Sequence record: NC_027364.1
Length of the DNA: 64,000 nucleotides
Direction: 5' to 3' (one strand)
Position numbers and translations under genes: made by a program
Notes under the pieces: model-generated
Told to the model about the DNA's origin: nothing
Databases searched by the model: none
Seen by the model: only the letters and a program-made list of their open reading frames with translations
Shown here: positions 38,548 to 48,019 of the stretch, in pieces
Position numbering within the stretch: the stretch's first letter is position 1
Layout of the letters: every line of letters begins with the position of its first letter

Positions 38548-38576
38548 ATTATATCATTGGAACATATAATGTCCCA
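38548..38576 (-). promoter_or_regulatory. TGGGAC-N17-TATAAT promoter pointing into the non-coding region
   Basis: TGGGAC attatatgttccaatga TATAAT. Confidence 0.7.
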
Positions 38577-38975
38577 TTACATGTATACTTTTTTTAAATC
38601 CTTAGAACAACGATCAAAAATTGTGTTTATGAATTCAACATCTTCGATAATATTCGAATCGTTAGCAACATTTTCATTTCTTGTCGTGTTCCTATATGTG
38701 TGTTCAGGATGATTGTATACCACCTTGACTACATTATTTAGGTCTATAAAATTTGACGTTTTTTGCGTATAGGAAGCCTGAAGCTTGATGAGTTTACCAT
38801 CATTCTCAAGATTGGTTTTATGAATTAGTTCTTCAATACCAGTTAAATGGCTATAGCTATCTTTTTCTTTTACAAAAGTAATAGTAACAAGAACTGCTTT
38901 CTCATCTCCCATATCGGAAATGTTTTTTACAGCACTGATAATTTCTAAGTTTGAAAAATCTAATTCTTTAAGCAT
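38577..38975 (-). CDS. Hypothetical protein
   Basis: 132-aa ORF. Confidence 0.65.
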   Translation of the reverse strand: MLKELDFSNLEIISAVKNISDMGDEKAVLVTITFVKEKDSYSHLTGIEELIHKTNLENDGKLIKLQASYTQKTSNFIDLNNVVKVVYNHPEHTYRNTTRNENVANDSNIIEDVEFINTIFDRCSKDLKKVYM

Positions 38976-38976
38976 T

Positions 38977-39333
38977 TTACAAATATTTCCACAAAGTTCG
39001 ATAAGTGATAATTTCTTCTCTGGTTACAGAAACTTCATTGCACTTAACACCATCAGTTTCATTACTGAATGGTTGTACTAGTCTATCTTCTGTTAAACCT
39101 CGTTCATAAGTACAATGATAAAACTTATTTGTGCTCATGTCAAGAAATACGAGATCAAATTCTTCAGTCCACCTTCTGTGCCCTTTGCTTTCATTGCAGA
39201 TGATTTTATATTTTACATCTGGTTTAAAAGTTTCAGTACTGTCATCCCATGCACCATAGTCAGTATATTCATCATTTTCATCTAACTCTGCTAGATGCCA
39301 CATTAATTGTGGTAAAAAGATTTTAGATTTCAT
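38977..39333 (-). CDS. Hypothetical protein
   Basis: 118-aa ORF, GGAG SD. Confidence 0.7.
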   Translation of the reverse strand: MKSKIFLPQLMWHLAELDENDEYTDYGAWDDSTETFKPDVKYKIICNESKGHRRWTEEFDLVFLDMSTNKFYHCTYERGLTEDRLVQPFSNETDGVKCNEVSVTREEIITYRTLWKYL

Positions 39334-39344
39334 TTATTTTCTCC

Positions 39345-39374
39345 AAAAAAAAGGACTTGAATACTCAAGTCCTT
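39345..39374 (-). terminator. Rho-independent terminator
   Basis: aaggacttga/tcaagtcctt plus T tract. Confidence 0.8.
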
Positions 39375-39385
39375 ATAATATCATA

Positions 39386-40042
39386 TCAATCATGTTTATT
39401 CAATTTCTTCTGTTCTTTTTTCAAAGCTTTCATATGACGACCAAACTCTCGAACATGCCATAGATGATCGGTTTCCCATAATTCTTGACGTAACCTACGT
39501 TCTTCTAGTAGTTTCGACTTGTCAATGTTATTTTTCTTTTTTTGTACATTAAAGAAATTATTCATATGTTCTTGGAGAAGATTACGACCTTTAACTTTTT
39601 CAAGAAACTCATCAACTGTTTCAGTTTTATTCGAACGTAGTTGATTACATCTGGAGCACATAGTATTAAAGTTTGACTCTAAATCAGGTCCACCCTTAGA
39701 TGCCAGATGATTATGGTCAACTGTCATTAAAACTTCATAAAGACCACATACAGCATATACATTTAAATGTGGTTTACCATATACTGGATCAGAACATAAT
39801 GAACGTTCAATGCGTACTTCAGTAGCTTCAATCCCACATGCCACGCATTTTGGATTCTTAACAAAAGTAAGAACTTTTTGTGGGAAATATCGAAAAGTAA
39901 TACCATTTAAAGTGTAGCGTTTCATCTTAGTACTTCGTTGATTTAATTCTTCAAGAAGTGATAATTTTGTCGTATAGTAAACATGATATTTGTTCATTTT
40001 ATTCCTTGATATTGATTTTAATATCTTTACCTTGTAAATCAC
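39386..40042 (-). CDS. Free-standing HNH-type endonuclease-like protein
   Basis: CVACG ... TVDHNHLASKGG.D...NFNTMCSRCNQLRSN. Confidence 0.75.
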   Translation of the reverse strand: MIYKVKILKSISRNKMNKYHVYYTTKLSLLEELNQRSTKMKRYTLNGITFRYFPQKVLTFVKNPKCVACGIEATEVRIERSLCSDPVYGKPHLNVYAVCGLYEVLMTVDHNHLASKGGPDLESNFNTMCSRCNQLRSNKTETVDEFLEKVKGRNLLQEHMNNFFNVQKKKNNIDKSKLLEERRLRQELWETDHLWHVREFGRHMKALKKEQKKLNKHD

Positions 40043-40307
40043 GAATAGTTTTAATCAATGCGTCGTGTTTTAAAGCACATTCATTGTAGACTGCATCCCA
40101 ACGAGTAAGTACTTTAAGAATTTCTGCACCATCATAACCTTTAAAACCATTTTTGTCAATCATAATTTTTTGTGGTAGAGGTGTATCATCATCACATCTT
40201 TCTAACAGAATTTCTTGTTTAATTGGTGCAGGGGATTGTAGTTTTACTTGTTCGGCACACCCACTTATAATTAAAAAAGAAATAAACGGAACTAATAATT
40301 TTTTCAT
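39999..40307 (-). CDS. Outer-membrane spanin (Rz1-like lipoprotein)
   Basis: Signal peptide with lipobox ISGC, Pro-containing body, YNECALKHDALI; overlaps the i-spanin stop. Confidence 0.75.
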   Translation of the reverse strand: MKKLLVPFISFLIISGCAEQVKLQSPAPIKQEILLERCDDDTPLPQKIMIDKNGFKGYDGAEILKVLTRWDAVYNECALKHDALIKTIRDLQGKDIKINIKE

Positions 40308-40678
40308 TTGAATTTATTCCTCGCAGCTTGAGAATTTTGTTTTAGTTCATTCAGTACTTTTACACCATCCTCATCTAAACATACATTCTTATAAACTTCA
40401 CGTTCTACAATAAAAGGAACCTTTGTTTCAATAACTTTAGCATTATCTTCCATGATTTTTTTAGTTTCAAGGTAATTTTTTGCATTTTCTTGTTGCATTT
40501 TATCCAAGGCGGTATCAACTTTTTTAGCTATTTGTTGCTCTATGCTTTGTTGATAGCCACTGTAATAAGTATTAGCTTCCCAACCAGCATAAGCTGAACC
40601 GCCAATCAATAATACAAAAGAAATTGGTTTCCAAAATGGAATCAGAATTTTTGAAACAATTATTTCTAACATACTCAT
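40304..40678 (-). CDS. Inner-membrane spanin (Rz-like)
   Basis: N-terminal TM, coiled coil, VYKNVCLDEDG; paired with the lipoprotein. Confidence 0.75.
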   Translation of the reverse strand: MSMLEIIVSKILIPFWKPISFVLLIGGSAYAGWEANTYYSGYQQSIEQQIAKKVDTALDKMQQENAKNYLETKKIMEDNAKVIETKVPFIVEREVYKNVCLDEDGVKVLNELKQNSQAARNKFK

Positions 40679-40731
40679 AATAATATCTCCTATAGTTGAT
40701 GATATTATTTAGAGCATACAATTGTATAGGT

Positions 40732-41151
40732 TTACAACATGTTTTGAATATGTTCTGCTAGTTCATACAGCTTAGTTTCATTATTCTCGAACTTTTCATC
40801 AACTTCAACATTGAATTTTTCTTCTAGTTCCATCACCATTTCAAGCCAATCAAGCCAATCAAAATTGAATTTTTCTTCTACTTCTAATTTAGTAAGATTG
40901 AAGTTCGCTGATACATCATTCTCTGATGTATCACAGTAACGAGTAGTGATGAATTTGACAATTTCTTTTTCAACATCGTTTAATTCACGAGTTTGATATT
41001 CGGGCTGAAGATACCACCATTCTCCCTTATTAATAGATTCCAATTCTTGTTTGATTTCATGCATTACTTTATAACGGTCAGTACTTTTATCAATAGAATT
41101 TACTTCTTGGTTCAATACATGTAGTGCATTTTTAATACGTTCATTTAACAT
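40732..41151 (-). CDS. Acyl carrier protein-like protein with DSL changed to DWL
   Basis: FNFDWLDWLEMVMELEEKFNVEV aligns with AcpP [23 protein letters not shown]. Confidence 0.7.
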   Translation of the reverse strand: MLNERIKNALHVLNQEVNSIDKSTDRYKVMHEIKQELESINKGEWWYLQPEYQTRELNDVEKEIVKFITTRYCDTSENDVSANFNLTKLEVEEKFNFDWLDWLEMVMELEEKFNVEVDEKFENNETKLYELAEHIQNML

Positions 41152-41164
41152 TTTATCACCTTAT

Positions 41165-41194
41165 AAAAAAAGAGAACTCCATATGAAGTTCTCT
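41165..41194 (-). terminator. Rho-independent terminator
   Basis: agagaact/agttctct plus T tract. Confidence 0.7.
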
Positions 41195-41225
41195 GATTAT
41201 ACATAATTACTTTTTCTATGTCAAG

Positions 41226-44015
41226 TTATAAATCACGGAAACGATTTGGTGTGTTTAAGCGGTACATTGAGTATAATCCCAATCCACGCATAATCTCACC
41301 TGCCCAGAAACCAAAAAACATACCATTATCAGTACCTTCTCTAACTGCTGGACTCCATGAACCATTCATTGGTGAACCTGGATTTACAATAACATAATTC
41401 TTTTGAAGTTCGAGAACTAAGTTATCAGCGAGTGTTGTTAGACCTTCTATTTTACATCCAGCCAATCCAGCAGCACAAGCCCCAGCTAACCACAACCCAC
41501 ACATATGACCTGTAAAGTCCCAATCTGGACCTTCAACTGTGCCATCTTTATTGAAGATTGTTGGTGAACGACCATCATTATCTTTTTGAAATTGAATTAA
41601 AAAGTGAATCCAATTCTCACAAAATTCAACAAGATCTGCTGGTGGTTCAATTCCTCTCTCTGCGAGTTCTTGCCATGCTCTGGCAGCCCCAAAGAACGCA
41701 CGTGGTTCATACCCACTCCATGCTTGATCACCCCAATGTAGCATAGTAAATGTATCTGGTTCACCATATTTTAAGTTATCCCAGCGGTTCCAAACATATG
41801 CTTGTGCACACGGACCAACAGTACCGAATTGTTGAGTAAACCATGTTTGGGAATCTTTCATAAAGCTTAACATGTTTCCTAAGCGTGTGTTATCTACTGG
41901 CTGGTCTTTAAAACAATATATCACAGGATATTGATAACCTGGATACGGTAAACCACGCCATCCTGAATACTGGTTCGCATACGGGTCAGTGATGTTAGAA
42001 AATGGTATTGTTCCTGGTGTGTAATGCAATGAGTTTAACAAATAATCCTTGATTACACAATCCCCTAACTGTGCAGTATATGGTGATTCACCTGCAATTG
42101 TTATTGAAAATGTCATAGTATAGTCATCACCGTCAGCATCCGTGTATAATTCTGGAATGTCATTAATACAATACCAATCAATTATTGCAGCAACACCATC
42201 TACTGGGGTTGTATCAGGTAAAATAGTAATATCTTCTAGTTCACTATAAACTGGTGCATCTGGTCTTGGGTCAGAACTTGGATGATTTGGCTGATACCCA
42301 GATAAACGTAATGTATCGGAACTTAGTGTGATTGTAGTCCATTCCCCGTGTGTTGCAGGAATCATCCACCACCATCTCCAACCATTATCATCTACAATTC
42401 TTATATTGTAATCATCTTCATATGAACGATAGGTAAAAGATTTAACTTCAGACTTATTTGTTGCTAATAGCCAAAATCCAATAACAGCACCATCATCTTC
42501 ACCACAAACTAACTGATTAATGGTATCGCGGCGTGTAACTAATATATCAGTACTATATATCATTTCGGACGTAGCTGCACCATAAGGAACAACAATTCTA
42601 CTATCAGCAATTATATAAGGGGAACCATCTGCTTTCTTTTCTCTAACAAATGCACTTAAAGGTGTTAATGAATGTGTGATATTTTGGTCTTTACTTTCCG
42701 GTAAGCCACAACGATAACGAACAACATCATGGTCATTTTTTGTTTTTGACAATTCCAGTACTGGTTTAAATGATAACGGCTTACCATCATCACATACACC
42801 ACCATAGTCTACAAGTAATTTAGAATCAGCATTGACCCTGAACCAAATAGCTTGTTGTTCCATTGTACTTTGTGCACTTTGGTCTTGCCTGATAGTAATA
42901 TATCCTAGAGAATTTCTACCAAACTTAGCAATAGCATCACTTGGATAAAAATATTCATAGGAAATACCATCAGTGAATGGTGTGGTTACAATTGTACTTT
43001 GTCTGAAAAATTTATCTCTGGAGTCAATATCACCATAAGCATAACACGTTAGTAGTGAACATTTCCAACCCAAATAATGTTTTCTTTCTTTTGTTATTTT
43101 ATATAACAAATAAGAAGCATCACTAAACCATAATTCTGCATCTGATGCGTTATCAGCAAATTCCAAATCAATTGGAACATGAAGAGGGCGGTTGTGTTGC
43201 ATTTCATTTCGTTGAATTATCACACCACCATATTCTACTGGTTGACGATTTGCAAAATTTAATTTATATACACCATTAATTGTTGTATTCTTTAATTGAA
43301 CAGTTCCTTTTTCAGATTCGTCAAAACCTTCTGCTAAAATATTACCATCCCAGTCGATTTTTCTACCCATGAAATCGATAATCCAGTCAACATCATATTG
43401 TTCACCTGGTGTATCCCAATCAACACTACCATCTGGTAATAATGCTTTTACTGACGCATTTATTTGGTTCCATGCTAAAGCACCTTTGAATGCAAATGTT
43501 ACTTTATCCAAGAACTGACCATAATATGGTGCACCATGTGGTATTTTACATTGTCCATTTGTAAATGTAAATTCTACACCCTTGAAACCACCATGTGTAG
43601 GCCATCCATCATCAGCTAAAGGCCAGTTAGCCAAAATCGGTTCTTTGGCATTAACTATCCAGTTACATTGCAGTGGGGTTGGTGGGTCTGGTAATTCACG
43701 CCCAGCATAAAAGTACTGATGATATGCATCCCAGTACCATTTGGCTTTATCTAAAAACATTGGATCATTTGTTGCCAGATACGCATAAATGTATCCTAAA
43801 ATTAATAGACTTTGACCTTCTGTTGTTCCGTCACCGTTTGGTTGACCTTCCATTGCAGAATAGTTAATAAAATGGCGGTTGTTCGCCAAAACACCCTGAT
43901 TGTTCACCACATAATGCTGTACTGTTGGGTCTATTGTATCACCAGTATTTCTTTCAATAAATTTGTGATGCCCATAAAGAAGTTGTACAATATTATCAAT
44001 ATTATTGTTTAACAT
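41226..44015 (-). CDS. Large GH8-like (BcsZ-like) glycoside hydrolase, probably virion-associated
   Basis: TTEGQSL and NASDAELW resemble BcsZ TSEGQSY and SASDGDVW; long inserted beta-rich segment. Confidence 0.6.
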   Translation of the reverse strand: MLNNNIDNIVQLLYGHHKFIERNTGDTIDPTVQHYVVNNQGVLANNRHFINYSAMEGQPNGDGTTEGQSLLILGYIYAYLATNDPMFLDKAKWYWDAYHQYFYAGRELPDPPTPLQCNWIVNAKEPILANWPLADDGWPTHGGFKGVEFTFTNGQCKIPHGAPYYGQFLDKVTFAFKGALAWNQINASVKALLPDGSVDWDTPGEQYDVDWIIDFMGRKIDWDGNILAEGFDESEKGTVQLKNTTINGVYKLNFANRQPVEYGGVIIQRNEMQHNRPLHVPIDLEFADNASDAELWFSDASYLLYKITKERKHYLGWKCSLLTCYAYGDIDSRDKFFRQSTIVTTPFTDGISYEYFYPSDAIAKFGRNSLGYITIRQDQSAQSTMEQQAIWFRVNADSKLLVDYGGVCDDGKPLSFKPVLELSKTKNDHDVVRYRCGLPESKDQNITHSLTPLSAFVREKKADGSPYIIADSRIVVPYGAATSEMIYSTDILVTRRDTINQLVCGEDDGAVIGFWLLATNKSEVKSFTYRSYEDDYNIRIVDDNGWRWWWMIPATHGEWTTITLSSDTLRLSGYQPNHPSSDPRPDAPVYSELEDITILPDTTPVDGVAAIIDWYCINDIPELYTDADGDDYTMTFSITIAGESPYTAQLGDCVIKDYLLNSLHYTPGTIPFSNITDPYANQYSGWRGLPYPGYQYPVIYCFKDQPVDNTRLGNMLSFMKDSQTWFTQQFGTVGPCAQAYVWNRWDNLKYGEPDTFTMLHWGDQAWSGYEPRAFFGAARAWQELAERGIEPPADLVEFCENWIHFLIQFQKDNDGRSPTIFNKDGTVEGPDWDFTGHMCGLWLAGACAAGLAGCKIEGLTTLADNLVLELQKNYVIVNPGSPMNGSWSPAVREGTDNGMFFGFWAGEIMRGLGLYSMYRLNTPNRFRDL

Positions 44016-44016
44016 A

Positions 44017-44644
44017 TCATACTCCTGCTCTAATTAATGCACCGTACCATGTAACTCCTTTATCATATGTTTCTAATGAAATAATATCTTTTTCACCAAT
44101 TTCATAAGAAAGAACAACTGGTCTGTTATATGACCATTTAACATTAGAACCCCAATTAACTAGGTTTGAACCTGTTTGTTGTGTTAATAGGATGGTAATT
44201 GAATAAACTTCAGTAGGAGCCGCACCAATCGAAATAGTAGTATTTCTATCAGATAAATTAATATTAAAAACAGCATTGCCCGACAGTGGATTAATTAAAA
44301 TATTATTAGAACTTAATACATTATATAACTTATTACTTGCACTATCATACAATGTTACCCATTCTGTTTCATGATTCTCATTAGTAGCTTTAGCTTTTAT
44401 TTTTACATTATTTTCGGAAGAAGTCATTCCAGTCCAGCCAGAAATAATAAAAGAACTGTTTTTATTTGTTCCAAATGATGCAATTACTGAATCACTAAGA
44501 GAACTATCTTCACCGTCAATAGATCCGAGTACTGACAATGTTAAAACCATCATTTTTAATGTCTACACCAGTTGCACCTGAAAAATTATTTTGAAATTTA
44601 ATAACTCCGGTAGTGTGGATATCTGTGAAAATTTGTTGTGCCAT
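44017..44644 (-). CDS. Fibre-tip-like structural protein (apparent extra base near 44528)
   Basis: AAGGA SD plus MAQQIFTDIHTTG at 44644. Deleting one C in AGTACTCGGA joins NIVST to GSIDGEDS. C-terminal ILLTQQTGS..VNW..NVKW domain. Confidence 0.6.
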
Positions 44645-44721
44645 ACTTAATCCTTGCGTTAATTTATATTGAGTATTTATCGAGTATAATGGCATTTTTA
44701 GTACCATTATACTCATGTATG

Positions 44722-45954
44722 TTACTTATACCATTGCATTTCTCTGATATCAATGATAATTTTTGATGCTAATTTAATGTTTGGTTTTTTTGGAAGTACT
44801 GATTTCTTATATAGAACATCACGAATGTATTGTACTTTATCATCGAAATATTCTAATACTTCTTCATACTTCCATTTACCATTACGAATATCCATCAACA
44901 TTTGTGCATCTGGTCGTTTAACTTGAATAATTCCACTTTGTAATGCTTCTTCTGCACTATTCAAAAGTCGGATTGTGTGCATAGCATGTTTACAATCGTA
45001 TCCGTGTTGTGATTCTAAAATAGCACGTTTGGCATTACGATTTTCTTTCCATTTATGATAACTTTTCCTATTCTCACTATTTTCCTGATATTCTTTTTCG
45101 TTAAATTTGACAATTAGTTCTGGTTTGGTTTTCAACTCTTCAGTACTACGTTCTTTTGAAAAATAACGCAATGAACCATCATGGTTAATAGTGCTTTCAT
45201 TAGGATTCTTAACAATCGCAAAAATGTTTTCTCCGTAATGAATTAGTTCATAACCATTATTAAAATTCAATAAATTGAAATCACGATCAAGAATTTTTTC
45301 AGTAGTGTAGTTATGCACTAATCTTACGAAATGATATTGCTTTAATGGATTTTTCGAAACTAACTGCAATGATGTATCACGCATATATTTTTCAAAATCA
45401 ATCTTTTTAGCATTAAATGGATGTAAGTTGGATGTATCTAAACGTTCAACAAGATACTGTGGGAATGAATCATACATCCACGCAAGAACCTCATCAACAG
45501 GGTGTTCTTCTAAAATCTCATTTAATCGTTTTTCAGCAATACGCTCTTTATCCATCCAACCGTGATGATTTGTCATACGCTTAATCTGATTATATGCATA
45601 TCCAGTGTATGAAAATGCAATCTTGGAACTAAGAAGTTTTTGGTTAAATGAACGAAGATAGTCATAAATTTCAGTACTTTCCACAATGTGTTCAGGTTCA
45701 ACCCAAAGTGATTCAAGAATATTAGGGTTAGCTTCAGTGTATAATTTTAAATACTGATTCAACTCATAGAATTTAGTATCTTCTTCGCTTTTGTCAGCTA
45801 CCTCTTTGACCTTATAGAAGGGTGTAAGAATAAATTCTTTATTAGCAAGAAAAATACCACGATAATCAGTATCACTTTCCGGTGTACTGGTTCCGTAGGC
45901 TTGTGACCCAGCCAAGTGTTTCACTATTGTTTGTTCAATATATTGGTTATTCAT
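44722..45954 (-). CDS. Pol-beta-family nucleotidyltransferase (RlaP/YcgL-like)
   Basis: LAGSQAYGTSTPESDTDYRGIF, NPNILESLW, YDCKHAMH.IRLL. Confidence 0.85.
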   Translation of the reverse strand: MNNQYIEQTIVKHLAGSQAYGTSTPESDTDYRGIFLANKEFILTPFYKVKEVADKSEEDTKFYELNQYLKLYTEANPNILESLWVEPEHIVESTEIYDYLRSFNQKLLSSKIAFSYTGYAYNQIKRMTNHHGWMDKERIAEKRLNEILEEHPVDEVLAWMYDSFPQYLVERLDTSNLHPFNAKKIDFEKYMRDTSLQLVSKNPLKQYHFVRLVHNYTTEKILDRDFNLLNFNNGYELIHYGENIFAIVKNPNESTINHDGSLRYFSKERSTEELKTKPELIVKFNEKEYQENSENRKSYHKWKENRNAKRAILESQHGYDCKHAMHTIRLLNSAEEALQSGIIQVKRPDAQMLMDIRNGKWKYEEVLEYFDDKVQYIRDVLYKKSVLPKKPNIKLASKIIIDIREMQWYK

Positions 45955-46352
45955 AGATAAATTGTTAACTCCTTTAAGAAACCATTATAATAACGATTAA
46001 AGTCATGTTCTAATGTTTTATAATCATCAAAACTAAAACCTAAATTGATAATTGTATCTTCTTGAAAGAAAGTTTCTTCATTCATACATTCAATAGGTTC
46101 GTAATTAATTCCACCTTTGAAAACTTTTGTAAAAAACATTCCATCATTATTAATTTCAACATACATAAAATTATTTTCTGGGTCACGAGGACAGACGATA
46201 TTCAGTGAACTATTTCCACTTGTATTGTACTCATAAGAAATTATATCAAAAGAATCAATACCATAACACTTAGATTTTTCTTTATCGCCAAATACTTTTC
46301 TATCTGTACTCATATTGCGTATAGTGCTATAGATATCATCAACTGTAGTCAT
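45951..46352 (-). CDS. Hypothetical protein
   Basis: C-terminal NEETFFQ..TII motif. Confidence 0.7.
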   Translation of the reverse strand: MTTVDDIYSTIRNMSTDRKVFGDKEKSKCYGIDSFDIISYEYNTSGNSSLNIVCPRDPENNFMYVEINNDGMFFTKVFKGGINYEPIECMNEETFFQEDTIINLGFSFDDYKTLEHDFNRYYNGFLKELTIYL

Positions 46353-46354
46353 AG

Positions 46355-46864
46355 TTAACCACCATACTTTGACTTGTATGTTTCAAGTGATAAAGATATA
46401 CGATTTTGCTTTTTAATTCTTTCATCAATATCCTTTGAATTCTTCACACTTCGGTATACGTCAGCTAGTAAATTATAATCTTCTTTATTTGAGCTATGCT
46501 GTGCCCAACCTATCTCTGTTTTAATACGAACATTTGCTTTATTTGACGAGTAAAAGAAACTGAATCCATTGGACCCATCAAAAATATCAAAAGTATCTAC
46601 CCAATCACCATAAGGAAAGCTCATTGGAACTGACTCATGGTCTATTGTGATATCCGATAAATTTTTTGAACAGTACTTCGCAAAGTGATAAACGATTGGA
46701 TCACATTTTGATAATTCGTATTTGTATTCAATGATAGTTTTTCTATTAGCATCATTGATAGCATATTCTTTTATCAATGGACTTTTTTTGATGATAAGAG
46801 TCCATAGAAACGATTCTAATCCTGTTTCATCAACTTTTTGTTTCTTTTTGAAAAATGAAATCAT
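46355..46864 (-). CDS. Hypothetical protein, tandem paralogue 1
   Basis: KSPLIK...NDANRK.IIE.KYELSK. Confidence 0.7.
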   Translation of the reverse strand: MISFFKKKQKVDETGLESFLWTLIIKKSPLIKEYAINDANRKTIIEYKYELSKCDPIVYHFAKYCSKNLSDITIDHESVPMSFPYGDWVDTFDIFDGSNGFSFFYSSNKANVRIKTEIGWAQHSSNKEDYNLLADVYRSVKNSKDIDERIKKQNRISLSLETYKSKYGG

Positions 46865-47379
46865 TTATATAAACCCTTAATTTTCTGTCTATTATGTATA
46901 TCATTTTGCTGGATTTTCAATTTAGTAAGGTTGTTTCTTACACCTTCAACACCACGCATTATTTGTAACATAATTAGTGATTCGTCATATGTTAGGACAT
47001 TGCTATTATCGATATATACTTTCACTCCACTTTCAAGATAATCATTTTCTTTGGAGTTAAAGTTTCTAATAACAAACTTAACGCCATTTGATGCATCACT
47101 GAAAACATATCGTTCCGCACCGTAGAATGTTTTTCCACGAAATAAACCGCCGTCTTCCCACTTCCAACGACTAGATTCATAATCATTAACGTAATCAATG
47201 ATTAAAGAAAGTAAAGGGTGTTTGCTCAATTTATATTTTGCATCTAACAGGATACGTCTATCATTATCTGTGGTGATAATATCCTTTAGTGAGTAGCTTT
47301 TAGATATAATTTTAAAGATAATTTCATGCCAAATTAAAGTACTGTTTTGTTTTCCAACTGATCCAAAAAACATATCCAT
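46861..47379 (-). CDS. Hypothetical protein, tandem paralogue 2
   Basis: KSYSLK...TDNDRR.LLD.KYKLSK. Confidence 0.7.
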   Translation of the reverse strand: MDMFFGSVGKQNSTLIWHEIIFKIISKSYSLKDIITTDNDRRILLDAKYKLSKHPLLSLIIDYVNDYESSRWKWEDGGLFRGKTFYGAERYVFSDASNGVKFVIRNFNSKENDYLESGVKVYIDNSNVLTYDESLIMLQIMRGVEGVRNNLTKLKIQQNDIHNRQKIKGLYK

Positions 47380-47385
47380 TCCTCA

Positions 47386-47952
47386 TTAGTATAAATCAGT
47401 AATGTCTTTGTATGCATTAATCTGTTTTTGTTGTAATGAAAGTTCATTGAGTTTAGTTACCATCTTATCTACACCAACACGTGTATAGAAAATAATTAAT
47501 GAATCTAAATTGCCTAGAGTAATTCTTGAACTGTAAGTTGAAAGTTTTCTTGCATAAACATAAATTTCTTCTTCACTTGGTAAACGTTTCTCAATCAGCA
47601 AGTTTTCCACACCATTCGGCTCATAATCAATCTCGAACTCTACGCCTATCACTGTGTCTTGAATGCGATCCGTATATGAACCACCGTAAAAATACTCTCT
47701 TGGTTTGGCTCTCCAACGAGGACTAAATGGGTCAGATGCGTATTCTTTTACAAATTTGTAAAAGGACATTTTACTGAGCATATACTTCATCTCAATTAGT
47801 GCTTTGCGGTCATCATCAGTTTTAAACTCTGCTTTGAGCGATGGACTTTTACACAGTAACTTAACTAAATTGTTGTACATCTTTAATGTACGTTGTTCTT
47901 TCATTTCTTTGATTTTGTGACGTTTTGGTGGTGGTAATAAAGATTTGACCAT
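47386..47952 (-). CDS. Hypothetical protein, tandem paralogue 3
   Basis: KSPSLK...TDDDRK.LIE.KYMLSK. Confidence 0.7.
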   Translation of the reverse strand: MVKSLLPPPKRHKIKEMKEQRTLKMYNNLVKLLCKSPSLKAEFKTDDDRKALIEMKYMLSKMSFYKFVKEYASDPFSPRWRAKPREYFYGGSYTDRIQDTVIGVEFEIDYEPNGVENLLIEKRLPSEEEIYVYARKLSTYSSRITLGNLDSLIIFYTRVGVDKMVTKLNELSLQQKQINAYKDITDLY

Positions 47953-47974
47953 AATTTCCTCCTATTTTTATTCA

Positions 47975-48003
47975 ATTATACACATAAAAGAAAAGCCCGT
48001 CAA
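47975..48003 (-). promoter_or_regulatory. Near-consensus sigma70 promoter overlapping a terminator
   Basis: TTGACG-N17-TATAAT with TG extension. Confidence 0.8.
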
Positions 48004-48015
48004 TAGACGAGCTTT
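47986..48015 (-). terminator. Rho-independent terminator
   Basis: aaagctcgtc/gacgggcttt plus T-rich tail. Confidence 0.7.
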
Positions 48016-48019
48016 AAAT

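Noticed and set aside
39386-40042. HNH protein as part of a mobile intron
   Set aside because: It is free-standing between a terminator and the spanin genes; no flanking gene is interrupted.
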